A DNA stretch of 56,224 nt, the filler included, from Sluysia triapertura (Eukaryota): assembly GCA_046118255.1 (NCBI GenBank). It is 4 parts of 4 records of this genome, joined end to end, with 100 filler letters (N's around TTAATTAATTAA, not from the genome) between each part and the next. Parts side by side here need not be neighbours in the genome. Positions count along the whole stretch, not along the records: positions 45,231 to 56,224 come from JBJNIA010190408.1; 3 more parts are not named here. One strand, given 5' to 3'. The position numbers were made by a program, and so were the translations under genes. The notes under the pieces were generated by a model. That model saw nothing but the letters and a program-made list of their open reading frames with translations. It was not told where the DNA came from and searched no databases. This document shows positions 50,242 to 56,224 of this stretch, piece by piece (the stretch's first letter is position 1; each line of letters opens with the position of its first letter).

Positions 50242-50399
50242 TGTTAGACTTCGTAAAATGGACTGACCGGGGATCGAACTCGGGACCATCGTCTGCGCAG
50301 TCGATGCTCTACCACTGAGCTATCAGCCCCGTCTAACAATTTCAGTTTTAATATATTCAATTATACTACTTGGCACCTTTTAGTCCTTTTACCCCAACA
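50242..50399 (-). mobile_element. tRNA-carrying ~157-bp TG...CA repeat, copy 3
   Basis: Minus strand: TGTTGGGGtaaaaggactaaaaggtgcca...tgttagac-[tRNA]-ttttacgaagtctaaCA. Confidence 0.85.
50259..50329 (-). tRNA. tRNA-like gene/pseudogene: G3:U70, A73, Cys-like anticodon arm containing CTGCGCAG
   Basis: GGGCTGATAGCTCAGTGGTAGAGCATCGACTGCGCAGACGATGGTCCCGAGTTCGATCCCCGGTCAGTCCA followed by TTTT. Confidence 0.65.
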
Positions 50400-50851
50400 G
50401 TAAGGATGATGCGAGTACAGCAATAACTGAAAATATAGACCCTGATGGATTAACCATGAAGAAGACAGTGAAGCACTAAATCTAGAAATAGATAACTCAA
50501 ATGACACTGAAGCAAATCCATTTATTAGTGACGTAAGCAAATCGAGCATCAGCGAAGAATTCAGTCCAGAAACCAGAACCGGAACCCATAATTGCATCTG
50601 TTAATGAAGATAAGAATTCTAGTATACCAGAGCTAACTACAAATAAAGAAGTTAAGGCATTTCTCTTAGGTTCATATCAGAACTTAATAGATACAAATAA
50701 TATTGAAAATAATTTAGAAAATTTGTACAAGTCCAATTTAAATCTACAGGATGATCATAATATAAAATCTAATTTAATATTAAGTAAGGAAGATAGCCGT
50801 CATAAAATTATTAAGAAAAGTCGAACAGATAGAAATAAATGAGATCCCAAA

Positions 50852-51004
50852 AGCTTTAATGATTCAATAAATTTTATAATGGAAGTGCCGATCACTACGA
50901 AAGTTAAGGAGATTGTTGAATTGTATTTCTATGATAGGAATTTGAAGCCCGATGAATTTTTTTATGATTATGATTATCCTCTTGGAGTTCATGATAATGT
51001 TTAA
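50852..51004 (+). pseudogene. Second, diverged copy of the retroelement UBL domain (internal ~12-codon deletion)
   Basis: FNDSINFIMEVPITTKVKEIVE-LYFYDRNLKPDEFFYDYDYPLGVHD versus INESIKVFIELPVTSIVKEMID...LFYRDRKLEPNEFLNDYGNPLGNHD; preceded by an acidic/Ser-rich remnant (50400-50840). Confidence 0.8.
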
Positions 51005-52522
51005 ATCTTTCTAAAATCTAGCTGATTGAGATTTTTTTAGAATGCCGTGTTATTACGTATAATTAAAGACTTAAAATAAAGTCTTTTACTTCTAATCTTG
51101 TTTAAGTCGATTTTTTCCTTTTATACTTTAGTTTAGCAGTTAGCAGATGTTATTCTTTAATTTTATCATAGCAGGTTTTTAATTTTTAGATTAGTTATTT
51201 ATTATTCAGATCATATCAAAATTTCAAGAACAGGTTTTATTTTTCTTTTTATTAATTAAATTAGTTTTTATTATGCAGGTCGAAGTTCAAAGTAACAATT
51301 TTGTTACTATTATTATTATTATTCCTGCTTAATAATGGTCTGAATAGTCTGACAGATGTTTAGAACCAGTTTGAAAATGTTCATAAAAGCATAGATTTTT
51401 CAGTCCTAAAGAACATAAAATCTCTTTATAACTGAAACTCGTTAATAAGAAAAACACAATCTTCTAAAGAGTCTTGAACTCAAACTGAATTAGAAATTTG
51501 ACTAGCATTTGCCAGAGATTTGTATATTAGTTGATACTAACTTCTATAAGTTTCTTATAACCAATTTTTTATATCAAAATCCTGTTGACGATCATTAAGT
51601 GTGTAAAACTCGAATTATAGGCGAACTCACTAATTTAAATTATTTATGATCGGAGGTTAATCAGGTTTAAGAAAAATCATACAAATACCATATTTATGTA
51701 GCCATTTTTCTCTCTGTAATAGTTAATTATGATTAATATTACGGCTATGCATTTTCTTCGCATAATAGTCAATTATAATTCATCAATTTTATTCATTTAT
51801 GCATTTTTATTCAATTCCATTCGTCTAGTAATTTTACGCCCTATCGACATTCTAATATTTAAATATTTAGATGTAAATATATATTTTACATAATAACAGT
51901 GCATGCATATATTATATATTGTAATAATTAACAATAATTAACAATCGTGAACATATTTTTACATATAAATTTTACATGCAGTGTTTTATTTTTGCAATAT
52001 TATCTATTATATGTTTGCGATCAATGGCTTTTTAATTACTACATTCCGTTGCTAGAATACTTACATTATTTAATTAAAGCTTTTCTAAGAACAAAAATAA
52101 AAATTACTAGTGGCTTCCTTAATTGATCGATTTCCTCTGAACTGTACCTCATTGTTCCAACGGACAAAGATACTTTGATAATCTAGATTGAAGCTGCTGA
52201 ATAAAGTTAAATGGAAATGATTGAGAATGAATTAAATCAAAGTAGAAAATTGACGCGAACTAGTTGTTGATGGATTATTATTTTTTAATGATAATTGCTT
52301 TATATAAAGATTATCGATCAGACTTTGACTTGAACAGAACGACGAATATTTCATTTTCCACATTAAATTTTGCATAATATGTTTATCATAATATTGATAA
52401 AATAATGAGAATTATTAATAGAATTAATAATTGAAATTTAAAAATGATTAATAATAATAAAAATTATTATTATAGAAATAAATAAAATTAATAATAAAAA
52501 TTATTATAAAATTAATAATTAC

Positions 52523-53003
52523 TAGGGTTGGGACTTTGAAGGATTTTCCTGCACCGGTACACCTATAAAAAGTTTACTTTCAATTATTAAACTCCGATTG
52601 AATGATTTAATTATAATGTATTATTCAGTTCAATACACTATAATAAAAACAAGAATGAAATTACAGCGTAACGTTATGAATTTCGATGGCTTTTTAATAA
52701 AATAAAGGTAGAACCAGATGTATATATTAAACTATATATGTATATTATATAGTACATAATGAAACACACCTACGAACAACTATTATTCCGAAATGAGACA
52801 TATTTTGTATTATAAAACATTGATTCACAATTAGAAATTTATTGTAAATATTCTAGAATTTTATTTCCAAAAACATTCAAGAAGGATAATGAAAATTCAT
52901 GATTTTTAAAACCATTAAACTGTCATTTATTTATTGATCATGTTCATAAGATAAAATCATGTGCACCTAAATAAAAAAAACCGGTGCATCGGATACAATC
53001 CTA
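52523..53003 (+). mobile_element. Probable MITE / non-autonomous DNA transposon
   Basis: Ends tagggttg...tgcaccggt and accggtgca...caatccta form imperfect TIRs; the internal 52749-52959 recurs inverted at 55315-55525. Confidence 0.55.
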
Positions 53004-54222
53004 ATATATATTATAATACTTATTATATTTTATTGCTGTGCTATTATAATTAACATTGTGTATTATATAACTAAGTTTTAGCACCATAACATCATTAATG
53101 AAAATCGCAACAGTTTTTTTTCCTTTTATTAAAATTTAAAATTTTGTGTGCAAACAAATTTACAACACTTCGCGTCGTTTGAAGAATAATAATAAACAAA
53201 AATTATTTTTTTAATTTAATTAATTTCGATAAATTTTAAAATTTCTTTTAAAAATTACTTATTAAAAGAAATGAAAAATTAATTTTTACAATAACTTTTA
53301 AACGATTAACATGCAAAATGCGAATGACTGTTCTTTTTCAATTTTAATATATAATACTTGTACAAAGTCCTTTCAATAGGTAAAATTGAAAACTGGTCAA
53401 CCATTTTACATTTTTAAAAAATAATAATACTATAAATGAATTAAGAAAGATTTTTTGTAAAATAATTTCATAGAAAGTTTATTATTGTTAGGATCAATTT
53501 ATTTATTAAAATAAATTATAAAATCTTACTCAGATTTTATTTTTTAAATTTTGTTTGATTTGATGAAAACTAAGCTCGGCTTTAAAATTTGAATTCATTA
53601 GTTAAATGCAAATATTAATAGGTCCTACTTGCATTATTTATATTCCCATTCTATATATACTTTTAACATTCATTGATAATATTTTTGTTACAAGCATAAA
53701 ACTCTGACAGAAAATATCCATGCCATACTAAGATATTAAACTAATAAACAAACTACACAAAGTAATACAATCAACAGTAAATGAGTTAGGAATTTAAGAA
53801 TTACTGAGCATTTTCACGTCATATACCTAAACCTAAGGATTAACCTTTATAATTGCGGATTTGACTGTTTTCATCAATGAAATGTTTAAAATTAACAATG
53901 AAAAATTAATATAAATACAATTAATAGTTAAAATATATTTTCTACTTGATATGTTTATCAGACCAATTGTAAACTAACATTGCTTTTGAAAGATAATAAA
54001 TTTACAAAGATTTATTAATAATTTTGTTATGCTGCATTCTACATCTTGATACCTAAAATACTTATCCTATTAACGATCATCTGGGAACGCTTTTGAAGCT
54101 TAAAAACTTTTTTTAGTAAAAATCACAACATAAATTAAAATTAAACATAAAAATAAATTATAATTCAAATTTCATATAAAATAATAAAGTATTAAATTGT
54201 AAAGTAATATGATTTGACATAC

Positions 54223-54700
54223 CATCTAATCTACTACCATATCGTTTTATTTATTTATTCATATTTTCATCTTTATTTATATGCTCAGAAACCAATTCAC
54301 AGAAAGCACCTTCATCCATCATAAATGTATCTAAATCAACACTAATACCAAGATTATTCTTCATACAGTTAGATTGATTCAGTGGTGGATTTTTATCATC
54401 TGCTTTCAATTTGATAGTTAATTCTAAATCATCATCATCATCGTCATCGTCATCTTCATCATCTTCATTATCATCAATATCGTTATCAATTAAGTGGTTG
54501 TATTTTGAAGTATCTGTTATGTTAGTAATTACGTCTAATTTACTTTCACTAAATTTGTTATTATCATTTTTAACACCAAATTCATTTTTAATTTGATTTT
54601 CATCATTGATACCATCATCATTATTATTATTATTAGCGTCCATTTTTGATTGCAAATTATCCTTTTCTGTACTAATTTCCACTGATTTATTATTTCCCAT
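54223..54700 (-). CDS. First exon-like segment of an unknown gene (MGNNKS myristoylation-type start, acidic tract); in-frame TAA at 54251-54253 suggests a pseudogene or short ORF
   Basis: 149-aa ORF. Reading through the TAA gives IKRYGSRLD and then a G|gtatgt donor at 54222; downstream exon-like pieces also contain stops. Confidence 0.5.
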
Positions 54701-55314
54701 TTACTTTATATTGAAAAGCAAAAAAAAATATACAAACAAAAAAAAACAACACAAATCTATAAAAATTGCAAACCAGTTTTCTGTATAACGAAATAACGTA
54801 AAAATTTGAACAATTATTAATTTCAGAAATGTACAAGTTGAGATTATTTTATCGATTAAATTATTTTATTCTACATTAAATAAATAAAAGGCATTTCTTT
54901 TTATTGGGACTTACCAATAAAATTTAGCGAAATTAAAATTAGTAATTAGAAAATTCGAATGATTTTACTTGATTAAGTAAATTTCAGTTTGTTTATTATC
55001 TTGATTGTACGTTGACATGTGGTAATTTATTTGAAGTATTTTTAATATCAAATTATAATGTTACATGGTAGTGTCAAAAATTGGGCAAATGATTCACTTT
55101 TGAAGTAAATTAAGGTCATTAATCACTGTTGCATAACGAATAATAGAAATACAAGTTTATATAAAATATATTAAATGAAGAGTAGATGGCTGACACACTA
55201 ACGATAGGTATTCTTATAGGATTTTCTCTATGAACGTGTCAGCTTTCTGATGCACTTTCTTGCTCTAGTTATCAAGTTATCAAATTCCCTCTTATTTTTG
55301 ATTATATATATACC

Positions 55315-55525
55315 TGATTTTATCTTATGAACATGATCAATAAATAAATGACAGTATAATGGTCTTAAAAATCATGAATTTTCATTATCCTTCTTGAGTG
55401 TTTTTTGAAATAAAATTCTAGAATATTTACAATAAATTTCTAATTGGGTAATCAATGTTTTATAATACAAAATATGTCTCATTTTGGAATAATAAGTTGT
55501 TAGTAGTTGTTTCAATATATACTAT
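55315..55525 (-). repeat. Inverted high-identity copy of 52749-52959
   Basis: ~210-bp reverse-complement match with only scattered substitutions. Confidence 0.93.
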
Positions 55526-55539
55526 TGTTGTGACCAGGA

Positions 55540-55745
55540 TTCTTCCAAATCTTTAAGAAACTTAAAACTGCTAACTCTTACAAGAAGTACATTAGAAAAT
55601 ACTTGATTCTTCTCACTGGTCTAAATGGTTCCAGTGTTTTAGCTTTGTAATAGTAATTAATAAGCATATCAAATGTAATGTTATAATTACTTCAAATAGT
55701 GCCTCTTGAAGTGCATCTTCTGTCCATTTTTCATAATACACCATC
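55540..55745 (-). mobile_element. Possible pogo/Tigger-like transposase N-terminal (HTH-psq) fragment
   Basis: YEKWTEDALQEALFEV resembles the psq helix-1 consensus Y..W.EE.L..A...V. Confidence 0.35.
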
Positions 55746-56224
55746 ACACTGAACCTCATCCATAATGTACGGTGATAACTTGTTTCTTTTCTCATTATTA
55801 ATGTTCTGCATTTCTTACAATTTACGTATGATCATGTAATGATGTTCAAAATAATTAAGTATATATGATGTTATGAAACATTTAAGAAAAGACAAAGTAT
55901 CTCGGTTTCAGAAATTGTTTCATGAATGATTTATTTTAAGCACTGTTGCGTACTTGTATTAAAGTAAATATTTTAAATTATATCGAAAATTAGATCCCTC
56001 TTTCACGCAATTTTACATACATTACAGAAATGCTTTTCTCTCTTTTTTTTGAAAGTGTTTACCAAATTTATTCAAACTTATTGCATAAATTTATACATAA
56101 ATCGTGTTTATCTAATACGACAGACAAATACAAATAAATAAAATTAACAGATTTTAACTTAAAACGTATCTTTTACATAAATTACAACATTATAACAAGT
56201 TTCATACAAAAACTATAATCATAA

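Noticed and set aside
54411-54788. Plus-strand Ser/Leu-rich ORFs
   Set aside because: Antisense shadows of the acidic minus-strand ORF 54251-54700.

Overview
This is very AT-rich eukaryotic (probably animal) genomic DNA with GT-AG introns, many (AAT)n microsatellites and four scaffold gaps; the species cannot be identified from the sequence. Most of the window is decayed transposons and gene fragments. The only clearly intact host gene pieces are the last two exons of a GLUT/SLC2A-type sugar transporter (minus strand, 1703-3870). Deletion-riddled pseudogene fragments match cystathionine gamma-lyase, probably Nup155, and a CK1-group kinase. DNA-transposon remnants include mariner, piggyBac, Merlin, Tc1-like and pogo-like pieces plus MITEs. 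Two systems stand out. (1) A ~157-bp repeat in three copies, with TG...CA ends in the two best-preserved copies, wraps a tRNA-like gene with an Ala-type G3:U70 acceptor stem and an aberrant anticodon arm; it is not built like a SINE and resembles a tRNA analogue of the 5S-carrying Cassandra LTRs. (2) A degraded Ty3/gypsy-like element reads Gag capsid - CCHC knuckle - acidic linker - ubiquitin-like domain - AT-hook - DTG protease-like motif, and a second diverged copy of the ubiquitin-like domain lies 7 kb away. All family assignments come from manual motif recognition, not database searches.
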